64,000 nucleotides of DNA. It comes from Eledone cirrhosa (lineage: Eukaryota). Where the stretch lies: the NCBI GenBank assembly GCA_964016885.1, contig OZ024741.1, positions 338,334,001 through 338,398,000 on the forward strand, in the 5' to 3' direction. The notes beneath the pieces were generated by a model that did not search any database, was not told where the DNA came from, and saw only the letters and a program-made list of their open reading frames with translations. The position numbers and the translations under genes were made by a program. Every line of letters begins with the position of its first letter. The stretch's first letter is position 1. This document shows, piece after piece, positions 1 through 13,400 of this stretch.

Positions 1-69
<69 letters not shown>

Positions 70-184
70 GGTGTTCCAGAGTCCCACATTTTACACAAAA
101 GTGTTTTTTTCTTAGCTCCCTATCCATTTTCTCATGCCATTTTGTATATTATCAATTTATAATGTAATTTTGATTATTTCAGAC

Positions 185-223
<39 letters not shown>

Positions 224-226
<3 letters not shown>

Positions 227-483
227 CCCGTTTGACCTGTGCGAAATTCTTTCCTTACTCACATTTCGACCAGGTTGGATGGTCTTTTTTCTCTCTCGTC
301 CACGATTTCACAGAACTTATGTTCATCGATTTCAGAGACTTGACTCCTTCTTCCTCCCGTTTGACCTGTGCGAAATTCTTTCCTTACTCACATTTCGACC
401 AGGTTGGATGGTCTTTTTTCTCTCTCGTCCACGATTTCACAGATCTTATGTTCATCGATTTCAGAGACTTGACTCCTTCTTCC
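224..483 (+). repeat. 129-bp tandem duplication in a probable PLE 3' remnant (copy B ~43343-43602)
   Basis: CCTCCCGTTTGACCTGTGCG at 224 and 353. Confidence 0.8.
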
Positions 484-705
484 TCACTTTTCGTTGCATT
501 ACCATCTTTGTTTGTTTACTGTCTCGCTCGTTCCCCCTATTTACGTGTCCCAACGACTTTCTTTAGCCGTTGCTTGCACCAACCAGAGGTATATGGTCTT
601 TATAGCGATGAAATACCAATGAAGGCTGGAAGATCACTAATGAAGTACTAAATTTATTCATATGTAACCCATTTGCAACCACGCAGCACGTCATGTTTTC
701 ATATT

Positions 706-744
<39 letters not shown>

Positions 745-750
<6 letters not shown>

Positions 751-1535
751 TAATAGATTAAAGTTTAAGCAAAGAATCGATGCTTTCACCCTTAACGGGA
801 TCTTCTGAAACTAAAAAAAAGTCAATCTGTGAAAGCAGAAGTAAATAAAGACCATGTGACCTCTGCGCCGCTGAGGCCCTGGAAATACTCTACGCCAAAG
901 ACCACATCTTAAACAAAAAATCTGAGGCTATTTCAGCTTGTAAACATAAATTGCACAAAACTTTCCTGTATTACAGCCCCACATTATACGCTAACGGATA
1001 ATACGAACTATACGCGGATATTTTACGTCTTGATGTGGTAGCTAAATATATGTTATGTTTATACCATTACTTATTTGTATAGGTAAGTATATATTTCCTG
1101 TATGTTTAGTGAAGGTATGTATACTTTCTCGTACGTATATTTGCTTGTATATGTTATGGCGTATATATTATATATACTGGTACATTTTCATTTGGTTTGT
1201 GTATACGTGAGTTTTGCGTCTATGTGAGTATGCGGGTTCGTGTGTAGGGTGTGTGTGTATGTGTACGTTGTGTTTTGGTTGACATACGTCTGCGAACATA
1301 TGTGTATTTACATGTAGGTATGTGTGTGCGCGCGTTATATACGTATTTATGTGTGTATATTTATTGACGTTTATTTAATTATATGTACACACACATATAT
1401 ATATATTTTTTTTTAATATATATTTTTGAAATATTTACTTCTGCGTTCACAGATTGACTTTTTTTAGTTTCAGAAGATCCCGTTAAGGGTGAAAGCAGCG
1501 ATTCTTTGCTTAAACTTTAATCTGTTATTTTAATA
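745..1535 (+). mobile_element. PLE 3' end with inverted partial pLTR (copy B ~43874-44663)
   Basis: 745-847 is the reverse complement of ~1431-1533; CDLCAAEALEIL..LNKKSEAISACKH resembles a PLE endonuclease C-terminus. Confidence 0.75.
1466..1516 (+). ncRNA. Hammerhead-like fold with CAGAAGA core (inverted copy 762-812; duplicates 43891-43941 and 44594-44644)
   Basis: AGTTT CAGAAGA TCCC-GTTAA-GGGT GAA AGCA-loop-TGCT T AAACT. Confidence 0.6.
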
Positions 1536-1644
1536 AATATTTGCTCTACGGTTCTTATATATTTGATATATATTTATCCTTATCGAGCCCTCTTTGGATT
1601 TTAGTCTTCAAATTTATTATTATTACTATTATTATTATTATTAC

Positions 1645-1679
<35 letters not shown>

Positions 1680-1685
1680 GGGGGG

Positions 1686-1768
<83 letters not shown>

Positions 1769-2069
1769 AAAATGGCGTAGACATACAATACAACAGGAGG
1801 AAACATAATAGTACCACTGATGATGTTGCAGATGTGCGACGAAAAAACTTTGACTATATATATATATGTATTTATATCTGTATTTTTTACCGTTGGTCAG
1901 TCAATGATAAACATTGATTGCTGAATTAATTAACTATGGAGATATAAAAGATACAGAAGCGAAAACCAACCAAACAGTGAGTTCTGTTATTATTTCTGGC
2001 AATAGTATTACAATATCTGTTTCGACACACGATTTCATATAAACCTCGCAAAACTAATTCATCGCCGTC

Positions 2070-2167
<98 letters not shown>

Positions 2168-2489
2168 ATAGTCGTCCCATCTTTTTCTCCTTCATCTCAA
2201 AATTTCCTTTTCTCTTTCACCATGTCCCAACTCACTCCCGCCCACCCTATTTCACCACCATTGCCACATCAACCAATCATACCTCTGCAGCACAAACTAG
2301 CAACCAGCTAACTCAATCTCCTCCTAGGACAGTTGTTTTTTGATCTGATGCTTGTTTCTGTATGGCTTATGGATTACTAAGTTGGAGCATTACTAATCGA
2401 CAAATATGAACCCACCAACCACTTCTGGACCATCGCACAATTGTTGTTCTTCTTTATTTCAGGCGTGTAAAACCAACACCAACTCTACC

Positions 2490-4680
2490 ACGGGGATCCC
2501 GGGGGCTTACGGGAACGGTCCTAGAAACGAGAAAGGCTTCAGACTACTGGAATTCTGTGACACCAATGACCTATTTATTAGTAACACGAATTTCAGAAAA
2601 CGAAACAGCCGCCCAATCACATATAAATCAGGTGACCTCGCCAGCCAAATTGATTTCATTGTTACTAGAAGACGAGACAGACTGGCTGTTAGGAACACAA
2701 AGTCCCTCCTCGCTGAAGAATGAACCTCCCAACAAAACCTAGTAGTTAACGACCTTATTGTTAGGTCTAGAAGAACTCAAAAACAGAAGCCAACCTAGAG
2801 GAGACGAGTATGGAAGTTAAAAGACCCATCAAACAATGACAAATTTAGGTAGCAGCAGCATCGTAAACTGCTACAAGGGAAAAGGAGATGCCCTAGATAG
2901 AGAAAACTATAGAGGCATTAAATTGGTTGACCAGGTTATGAAGGTCAGCTGATTAGAGAATATGTTAACATAGATGAAATGCAGTTTGGATTTGTCCCAG
3001 GTAAGAGTACCACAGATACCCTCTTCCTTGTAAGACAACTGCAGAAGTACCTAGCTAAGAGTAAGCCCCTCTACCTGGCTTTTGTCGACCTTGAAAAAGC
3101 TTTTGACGGACTCCATCGTTCCATTATCTTGTTGGCTCTTAGGAAACTAGAAGTTGACAAATGGCCTGTGAGGACAATTCAAGTAATGTATAGAAGAACA
3201 ACCAATAAGGTGAGACATAACAATGACTATAGTGAAGAATTTAGCGTGCAGGTTGGTATCCATCAGGGCTCTGTTCTTAGCCCTCTTCTGTTTATTATCG
3301 TTCTGTAGACAATAACGGAGGAGTTTAAGACCGGCTGCCCATGGGAACTTCTGTATGCTGATGACCTAACCCTTATAGACGAATCTATAGCTGAACTAGG
3401 GATGAAATTCCAGACCTGGAAGTAAGGCCTAGAATCTAAAGGTCTGAAAGTCAACCTGGCAAAGTCTAAAGTCCTAATAGGTAGAAGGGATAAAAAGGCC
3501 CAGATCTCCTCTGGGAAATGGCCCTGCTTAGTGTGCAGAAAAAGATTACCTAGGTAGAAATTCCATTCTATGTACCAAATGCAAGCAATGGGTACACAAG
3601 AGATGTAATGGGATCTCAGGCAGGCTAACAAAGAATATAGGTTTTACTTGTGCACAGGGGCAGTAAGTAACAAGAACCCTCAGAATACAACCACCTTCAA
3701 ATGCTCAAAGGGATCGGTTGAAGTGGTAGATAATTTCCGTTACCTGAGTGACTAAATCTGTAGTTAGGGAGGGTGTTCTGAAAGCACAGTAACCAGAGTG
3801 AGATCGGGTTGGAGTAAATTCAAGGAGGTACTACCGTTACTAGCTACAAAAGGTTTTTCTCTCAAAATGAAAGGCAGACTGTATGATGCATGTTTACGAA
3901 CAACAATGTTGCACAGCAGCGAGACCTGGGCACTGTGTGCTGAGAACCTGCGAAGATTGGAAAGAAATGAAGCCCCAAGCTTCGCTGGATGTGCAATAGC
4001 AATATACGTGAACGGCAAAGTATAAATATACTGCGTGAGAAATTAGTCATAAGAAGGTTCAGTTGTTGCATGCAGGAGAGGAGATTGCGTTGGTATGGAC
4101 AAGTGATGCGTATGAAGGATGACAGCTGTATAAGGTGCAGAGCGCTAAAAGTCGATGGTAGTTGAGGTGTGGACAGGCCTAAGAAGACTTGGGATGAGAT
4201 AAAAAAAAAGCTGACCTTGCACAATTACACCTCACAAAGGCAATGACACAGGACCGCGACCTCTGGCGTTACGCAATTTTACAGAAGGCCCACTCTCAGG
4301 ATGAGGCTTATACCTAGTAGGCAACACCTTCCTCAACATTCTATATCATCTTATTCACCTCCCTAAGCGGTAACCTTACTACCCTGTCCACATTTTCCCC
4401 AAGCTTCCTCGCCCCACCATTCCTAGTCACACGACAAAAGAACACAGGCCCCACTGTAAAGTGGTCGTCTCAGTGTCACGACAAAACGTGCCCAGTCCTC
4501 ACTGTAAAGTGGTCGTGTAGGTGTCACGACAAAAAGCACCCAGCACCCACTGTAAATGTGGTTGGCGGTAGGAAGGACACCCAGCTGTAGAAACCAAGCC
4601 AATATCTGCCCCAGGTGAGCTAAACAAGGGCCAATCCATCCTACCCATGAATGATGGACGCTAATCGACGAGGTTGATGA
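2490..4680 (+). mobile_element. Decayed, internally deleted RTE LINE (copy B ~45630-47822)
   Basis: [38 protein letters not shown], with stops and frameshifts. Confidence 0.9.
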
Positions 4681-4769
4681 TATATTTATGTGTGTATATT
4701 ATATGAAGTGTGTATGTATGTGTATGATATGTGTATGTATATTACATATATAGTATATGTATATGCACG

Positions 4770-4835
<66 letters not shown>

Positions 4836-4866
4836 TATATCATATCATTATCATGATATGTGTATG

Positions 4867-4934
<68 letters not shown>

Positions 4935-4939
4935 GTATT

Positions 4940-5211
4940 ATGCTGGTACCACAAAACATCCAGCCCACACTGTAAAGTTATCGTGTAGGTGTCACGACAA
5001 AAAGCACCCAGCCGACACTGTCAATGTGGCTGGTGTTAGGAAGGACATCCAGCCGTAGAAGACCAGCCAGAAACACTCATATATGAGCGAGAGACGGTCA
5101 CCCGACCCAACTTGCCTCTAAATGGGACAAACCCATCTAACCCATTCTAGCCTGGAAGATAGACGTTAATCGATGATGATGATGATAATGATGATGATGA
5201 TGTTGATGATG

Positions 5212-5212
<1 letters not shown>
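4940..5212 (+). mobile_element. RTE 3' UTR / SINE tail fragment (related pieces at ~18430-18680 minus and ~12890-13010)
   Basis: AAAAAGCACCCAG..CACTGT, GTTAGGAAGG.CATCCAG, (GAT)n tail. Confidence 0.7.
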
Positions 5213-5272
<60 letters not shown>

Positions 5273-6089
5273 AGATAGGGTGCGGTAAAATACTAGGTGG
5301 ACCATAACCCACCAGAGTAATCGATACTTGAGGTAGTAGAGTGGGTAATATGAAAAGATTTAGGGCCGCGACGGCTGAGCTCCGGCCGTTTCGACAGCTA
5401 GATCCGAACTAAGCCACCCGTATTAGAACGGTGGGAATGTAGCTGAACTTGTCAACGGGTGCAGTCCATATATGGGCATGCAGTCAAAGCAAAAGAGCAA
5501 AAAATCTAAGCAAAAAATCTTAAAGGTTTGTTGTTTTTCTTGTTTTTCTCCAGGAGTGGTCAGTGATCTGGAGTGGGGGTTACCTTAGATCAAATGGCTC
5601 GTTTCGTCCTGCTAAATGTCGTATATATAGTTTATTACCTTTTTAACAGGGGGGGGGGTGCAGCTAGACAGACCGAAATACAAGGGGGAAGGGGTTAGTA
5701 GACAAACTGACCTGAAAGTGCCAAGCCAGTCAGGTGAGCACACACGCCATTAAGAGAGATTTTTTATCCTAAACAATTATTCAAGAGGGAAAAAATCAAA
5801 GGAGAGAAAATATAATTTCGGCATATATAAGTCAAAGTGGATAGCGTAGTGTACTTATGTTTTATAAGTTTGCTTTATCTTACACTTTGCTAAAAGGCTA
5901 AGCATTTATAATTTATTACTAATTCAGCTCCTCATAGAGAAATGTAGTTATCAATTACTCTATGGCGCGGGCTCTCTAGTACTGTTGTAAATTAACTAAC
6001 GTTCTATAGCAAAGTAAATTCCTCAAAAAGCCTGAAAGTGTCAATTTAACATGTATGTCAAAGCTATCGCCAAATATTGGCAAAAGGAA

Positions 6090-6380
6090 AGAACTTAGAG
6101 ATACTTTCCCTAAACTACCAAAGGAGATACTTTTTCCCAAATTACCGAAGGGAAAACTTTGAGATAACGGTCTTCAACCTAAAGGGAGAGAACCTCCGGA
6201 TATCTTTCCCCAAACCTCCAAGAGAGAAACATTAGTGATACTTTCCCCAAACTGCCCAAGGGAGAGAACTTCGACATATTTTCCCAAAACTTCCCATGGG
6301 AGGGAAATCCGAGATACTTTTCCTTAAACTACAGTAAGAGAGAGAATTTCAAGATACCTTTCCCAAATCTACCGAATCAT
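6090..6380 (+). repeat. Degenerate ~37-bp minisatellite (GAGATACTTTCCCCAAACT..AAGGGAGAGAAC)
   Basis: About 7-8 diverged units. Confidence 0.65.
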
Positions 6381-6514
6381 AGGCTTATTATAAAAGCCCC
6401 AGAATACATTTATGGGGAATTTGCAGAAAGATGTGGAGAGGTTTCAGAACAGAATTTATGAAAAACTCACATATCAACCATTCACATGTATATGTATATC
6501 ATATATATATATGT

Positions 6515-7245
6515 ATAAGTATGTACACGTACATACATATATGTATACAGACGTACAGTAGTATGTATATATATATACATACATGCGCACATATATATAT
6601 GTACGTATGGATTCACCGAACATTTATTATAATGCTCGGTGTGTTTGTAAACAAACATCCCGTATTAAGCCGTAGTGTCCAGCAACCATCGTTGCTCGTT
6701 TGTTCAACACTGACAAAGGAACGCTGTACTAGTTTCGAGCTTATTAGCTATCGTCAGCAACGTATACCTTCCTACCAGATTGTTGAACGTATATACTTAC
6801 CTTATGCATATTAAAGGCTGAGTGGCCCAATTTGCATATCGAGTGGGTTAATCGACCGGGTGCACCGAAAACGATAAACGGAAAAAATGAAACGAAATTT
6901 CATTTCCCACTCTTAGTACGGCTGTTACTTAAATATAAGTATGTACACGTACATACATATATGTATACAGACGTACAGTAGTATGTATATATACATACAC
7001 GCACACATATATATATGTACGTATGGCTTAATACGGGATGTTTGTTTACAAACACACCGAGCATTATAATAAATGTTCGGTGAATCCATACGTACATATA
7101 TATATGTGTGTGCATGTATGTATATATATATATACATACTACTGTACGTCTGTATACATATATGTATGTACGTGTACATACTTATATTTAAGTAACAGCC
7201 GTACTAAGAGTGGGAAATGAAATTTCGTGTCATTTTTTCCGTTTA
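6515..7245. mobile_element. Same pLTR family, ~420-bp period with inversion at ~7026 (copy B ~49846-50577)
   Basis: Similar to 35106-36387; hammerhead at 6721-6763. Confidence 0.72.
6721..6763 (-). ncRNA. Minimal type I hammerhead ribozyme
   Basis: ACGTTG CTGACGA T AGCT-AATA-AGCT C GAA ACTAGT A CAGCGT; palindromic stem III, GUA site. Confidence 0.8.
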
Positions 7246-9209
7246 TATATATATGTATATTATACATATTTCGATTTTTGTAGTGGTCTTTTTCCTTCTC
7301 TAGAGGATTTTACCCGACTTTTATAAGCTATTTTACAGCAACTGTCTGTATTCACAGTTATTTTCTGCATCTAAGCTGCCTACGTCTTATAAATACATGT
7401 GTGTATGCGTGTATCCTTCAATAGAAACAACGTAAGTATCCTCTCTCTCACTTACTCCTTCCCACCCAACAACAGCTGAAAGTATAAATCACCATGGGAG
7501 CAAGGATGGTGGTTTAACGACTTCAGATAACTAGATATAAACGTGGCAGCCATCAGCAAGACCAGAATTTCTTAGTTAGACCCATTCACAGCCATCTTCA
7601 ATGGTTAGAATATGTATTACATTTTGTTGTCAGCCTACATCAGGGAGTGAAGTAGCTGTATTATTTCTGACATGAGCATCAACAACGGTGGTGCCTTCAG
7701 ACAGGAACAAGGTTTTCAGACATCTTTGGGTGTCTAGAAACATTCTGAGGAATGTCCTGCTCTTTAATACTAGAGACTGAAATGACATCTTAGACGCGTC
7801 GAGATTGTGTGGGGAGGATGAGGGAATAATTGATGGGAGGATGGTGCAATAGTGTCATAAAACTGTTCACACCTTTCCAAATATCTGGCAGGAACTGACT
7901 GGGTCTCCTGAAGATGTCATCTAGATTGTATCTAAATAGTCAGTAGACAAGATTAGAGTAGAGTATCCACATTTTCAACTGGTTGACTACACAGACCACA
8001 AATCTTTTAACTGCATGGTTGACCTAGATATAACACAGAAGCAAAAACTCTGCTACTGGGAGCTGAACACATCTGTCCCTGCAGGTAAAGCCTACAGAAA
8101 CTGGATTAGTGACTTAGTTAAGTGGCAACTGACAGGGGCTATCTACAACAACTGATAGTTGATTAATTTAAAGAGCAATTAGCATAGAATCAATAAGGTT
8201 TATTAAAGAAATAGCTTCTGGATTTGCGACCAGTATTTAGCATCAGTAATGGAAAGGCCAATGGAAACATTGTTTACTTGGTCAGATTAGACAAGTTCCA
8301 CTTCACTCGTTAAACAAATGAGGTCTGTGTGTGTGTGTAAACAGTAAACAGAAATAGCAAATTAGTAGGGAAATCAAATTAGATGTAGGGGAGGCTAGAG
8401 AACAATTTAGAGGGAGAAATTCAGAAAGTCATTGCAACTAACATGTTAGTAATAAGAATATCAAAACACAAAGGCTGTGTTCTCTGAGCTAATGCACTTG
8501 CTCTAAGACAGGATGGAATGAAAGCATTCAATAGAACTGAGTCACATAGGATAATATGGCAAGAAAACTATAATAGGTCTTTGACCGATTGGTGTAAACA
8601 CATGCTACTCGATGTCAAGTAGATGTATGTGCCTATTTAGCCACATTTTGCTCTACTGTTCAAGGTGAATGGTGGATGTGGACTGAAGATAGTTGTGAAC
8701 TTTAGTGGCTTGAAGTGGATTTTATCAGAAAATGCAAAGTGCTGCAAAAAAGCAAATAACAGCAGCTGAAATACAGATGGTGATAAGTAGTTATATGAGA
8801 GGCAGATCATCTGGTTTAGATAGTCTGCCCTATGAGTTTTACATATATATTTGCCAGTCTTATTCACTAACGACTTGGCTAATGTCTTAGATGTGTGTGC
8901 TTGAGGTTGGTAGCACTGCTGAGAAAAGGGATGAACAAAGGGGACAATAGTCATCATTTCCAGTTCATAAATGCAGCATTTAAGATTTTGGCCAGGTGTA
9001 CGGCTCAAAATCTTCAATACGTTCAATGTTAGCATCATCATTATTGACTAGTTCAAAAATAAAAAGAGACAAATTTTGCTGAAAATTGCTTTATTGATGT
9101 CTTAAGTTTCTATATATATATACATATATAATTGTGCGTGTGTGTGTATGTGTGTGTGTGTGTATTCATATATATATATATATATATATACATATATATA
9201 TTACAATTA

Positions 9210-9215
9210 TTTATT
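9210..9215 (-). terminator. Putative polyadenylation signal (second AATAAA at 9090-9095)
   Basis: AATAAA ~90 nt after the stop codon. Confidence 0.45.
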
Positions 9216-9305
9216 AGAATTACTAGAACTTAGATATAGCAGTATTATTGTTGATGTAAAAGTAGTTTCCGTGAAGCATTGTGTTTCTGATAGTTATTTT
9301 GTCGT

Positions 9306-9335
9306 TTAGAAATTGCTGCATTTGGAAAAGCGCAC
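9306..9335 (-). CDS. Copy A exon 8 (coding part VRFSKCSNF*)
   Basis: polypyrimidine tract + ttcag acceptor, phase 0, TAA at 9308-9306, AATAAA downstream. Confidence 0.78.
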   Translation of the reverse strand: MRFSKCSNF

Positions 9336-9838
9336 CTGAAAAACAACAACCATATCATTAGAAAAAACATTATTTTCAGTTGAGAATCCAAAACTTATTA
9401 CCAACATTAACTTGGTAATAAATATTTGTAGTTATTATATTTTGCATTGCTTCCTTGTAACAAGCATGTCTTATGTAACTGTGTGTGACAGAGTGTGTTT
9501 GTGTGTATGTGTACATTCGTGTGGGCACATGTGTGTGTGTGCACATGCATGTGTGTGTGTATGTGTGTGCATGTGTGTGTGTGCCCATGTGTGTGTGTAC
9601 GCATGTGTGTGCCCATGTGTGCGTGTATTCTCTACCCCTATGCATAGGGGTAGAGAATGTGCTTATGTCTGTGTGTAAGTATGTGTGTGTGTGTGCATAC
9701 AAGTCAAAGCATAGCGTCCGAAACGTTAAGACCCTCTTCCTGCTATTTCAAGCGTTAACCTAATATATTCCTTCCATATACTGTACCGATTGTGTTGTTA
9801 TTTGTGTTTACCTTTTACATAGATATATATATACATAC

Positions 9839-9872
<34 letters not shown>

Positions 9873-10158
9873 GTTAGGAAGGCAAGGCTGTGTGGTCACT
9901 GAGAACGAGTGATAGAAGGAAAGGTGACACAAACAAGAGATGAAAAGTTTCCCTTCGGCAGCTGTTTACCACGGGTCATGCATGTTTTGGTGTATTATAA
10001 ACAGAACATTGATCCATAGCGCACCCATGGCCTTTTATCTATAAAAAGGCCATGAGGGAAAGAAGTGATAGCGAAGAGAGAGAAAGAAAGAAAAAAGGGA
10101 AGAAGAAAAAAAGGAAAAAAACGAAGTAAACATACCAACATATATATGTATATATATA

Positions 10159-10213
<55 letters not shown>

Positions 10214-10426
10214 GAAAGTACAGCATATTCGAAGCTCGAGCCGCAGCTAAGCCGATGAATGCCTTCAGCAGTGCAGCCAAGCACTCGACAAGGTATAAAC
10301 CTCAGAGTAATAACATACAGTTTAAAGGGCTTTGCAAATTGAAGATAGCGACCGGTAATCCAGCCGCGTGGTATGTAGCAACGAAAGAACTGACTCGTGA
10401 GAAAAAATACATACACATATACATAT

Positions 10427-10457
<31 letters not shown>

Positions 10458-13400
10458 GTATATATATAGACATATATATATATATGCGTGTGTCTGTGTG
10501 CATGTGTGTTGTGTATATATATATACATATGTATTTTATGAGTAAATACCATATACCGTGTAGTGCAGCTTGTTTTGTTTTTTTCATCATTAAATGTTTG
10601 GTTAATGGTGTATAGAAGTTCAGTAATATAGTGAGAAAAATCATTTGTACTTTTAAGTGTCAAATATTACTTACATTTTTCATGTTTCCAACAAACTTAT
10701 TCATGGATCTATCTTCTGCAATAACCATTCCACATTTTGAAAGGGGAATAGAACCTGAAAATATATTTTGATAAATAACTATGTGTGATATGTATTCAAT
10801 TATATATGGCACATATGGAATTTCATCGATATAAATTTGAGTATTTGCTAGACAGTTATTATGATTTACATTGCTGTATATTGTAAATAACTTACCTAGA
10901 ATGCCATGTTATAAATTCTGATAAATTATATAATGTGTGTATTTAATGTGTATTCACCTCTTGGGGGAGATTCCACCAACAGTGTATGTGCACCATTACT
11001 AAACATCCATTGGAGTGACTGTCACCAAGACAGAGGTCCTTAAGGAGACCAAGATCGCCAGTAACAGACCACTTTTATGAAGACACAGTGGCGCTAGGTG
11101 ATGCATGTCTCCAGAAGGGCAAACCATCATCTTCCAAAACTCGTGTTCTACGGAGAATTGTCTTCTGGTTGTCGAAACAGCACTGCACCAAAGAAGTGGT
11201 ACAAATATGTGCTAAAAGAGACCCTGAGAATATGTAACATTGACCACCACCTGTGGACCTCTACCCAGGGAGGCTACCAGCACATTTGAGGCAAATCGTC
11301 ATGTCAGCCTGGGCATGAGGAGAGACTGGCAGGAGGGTGATGTCAAGGTGAAGCCAAGCACAACACAGTCATTTGATGGAGTCATAGGAGTATTGTCATG
11401 ACAAATGACATCGCATTGTCAGGTGATGCCCGTGAAGGTGTTTAATTGTTTCAGGACCCTAGCCTTGTCATCACCCATGGTAACACTGCCATGGTAACAC
11501 TTGCCTCGAAAAGTTCTGATGATTATTGAGGTGTGTGGCCAATTGATACACTTAGTCATGAATCGATATATATGTTTTGTTTCTTTTTTTTCTCACTTTG
11601 ATTATATATTTCTCTGTATTATATTTATTTAATCTTATATATTTGTTATGCATGTATGATCCCATAACTCTTGAGGGAGTCGTAGGGGCGCCGTATTGAC
11701 ATACAGCATTTCTAGAGCTTTTTTTTTTTTAATGGTGGAGCCCATCTTCTCTCCAAGTCTGAATACAGCAGATTTCTTCCAGAGAAGGATAGAGAGTGAG
11801 AGAATATGGAAGTGAGAAAGAGATATAGAGTTAAAATCAACCCCAGTACTAGACTGGTCCTTTTTTTATCGATCTCGAATGGAGGAAATGCAAAATTGAC
11901 CTCAGCAAGATTTGAAATGAGAGCCGGAACAAATACCGCAAAGCATTCTATCCAATGTTCTAAATGATTCTGTCAATTTGCCACCTTATATATTTGTTAT
12001 ACGGTAGTTAAAAAATTATGGAAAATTACCTGTTACAAACTCCTTTGAAATTTCAATGTTGTTAACGAGAAACGAAACTGAATTTGGGTCTTTCTTCATT
12101 GTGACGGTGTTCCAGTTCCCCAAAATCTGTGCAAGAAATAAAGTAAAATCTTAATAGTTAAAATTTCCTACATACGATCGTACTCTACGGAGAATTGTCT
12201 TCTAGCTATCGAAACAGTGGTGCACCCAAGAAAAGGTATCAAGATATGCTTTAAAAAAGACCCTGAATGTATGTAATATCAACCACCCCCAGTGAACCCT
12301 CGGCTGCTGACCACAATGCTTGGTGCCACACCATAATATAAAATTTTAAAAGTATGAAAAATACAATAAATAAATAAATAAATAAATAAATGTATATATA
12401 TAAATATATAAACAAATAAATAAGTTGGACTAGCGATATCTAGAAAAATTATTTTATTGTATTCAATAATAGTAAGTGTCAGCCTTTTGAGCCAGTAATG
12501 TAACTTCATACCATATAGACAAACAATCATTTATTTAATGAAAGTTCTCATATAAAACCATATAGATAGCATATAAGTACCATACAGATACCAAATAAAT
12601 AGTTACTGTACATTTCTATAAGCATAGAATTGTAGATAATAAAATGACATCGTTTTGGTATACAAACACCACTTTTGAATAAACATTTATAATACGGAAT
12701 AGACAAGGGCCCCATAAATGACGGTGAATGCAATACGTCTAGGAGAGCATTTACTTTGAAAGAAATAAGACTGCACGGGGTGGACATAGACTCTATAAGC
12801 CATAATGAAAACAACCTCTCTACGAGAGGTCACTCTTGATAAAAACTAATACAGGATAGAAAGGACCCTTAACTCCAGTCAAAAACCTCTCTAGTAGTGC
12901 TGATGGCACAATAAAATGCATCCACTATATGCTATAAAGTGATGAGTGATAGAAAGGGCATCCATCAAGAAAAGAAACTGCCAAAAATTATCATCATCAT
13001 CATCATCATGAAAAGTAGATGAAATGATGATGGGTCATGTTAATATTTTCATATATATGTAGATGCTCATATATTTACAAAATAATAATGTAAGATACTA
13101 ATATTTTTTATGGAAAGGAAATGAAACGGCTTCTGAAAATGAAAACTGGATTGAGAACTTTGCTCAGTCTAAATGTTAACTTCTAGTTTACAGTTCAAAT
13201 ATCAGTTGCTCTCTGGTAGGTTTGTGGTATTGCCTGCAGTAGTGGAGACTTCCGGCATTCTTGCACCCAGGACCACATCCCTGCTCACTGCTATCAGAGC
13301 AGAGTTGGTTGCCCACAGGTGTGAGCCCATGAGGTGGAGAGGCTGTTCCAGTATATCTCTCTTGCTGTCCTCCGGGGGGAGGGGAAGCAATGTATTCTCC

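Noticed and set aside
8637-9041. 134-aa minus-strand ORF downstream of the gene
   Set aside because: No recognisable motif; it lies beyond the poly(A) signals next to a decayed LINE.
9629-9730. Perfect hairpin (ATTCTCTACCCCTATGCATAGGGGTAGAGAAT) and nearby CCGAAACG as a ribozyme
   Set aside because: No CTGANGA partner found; at most a decayed repeat end.
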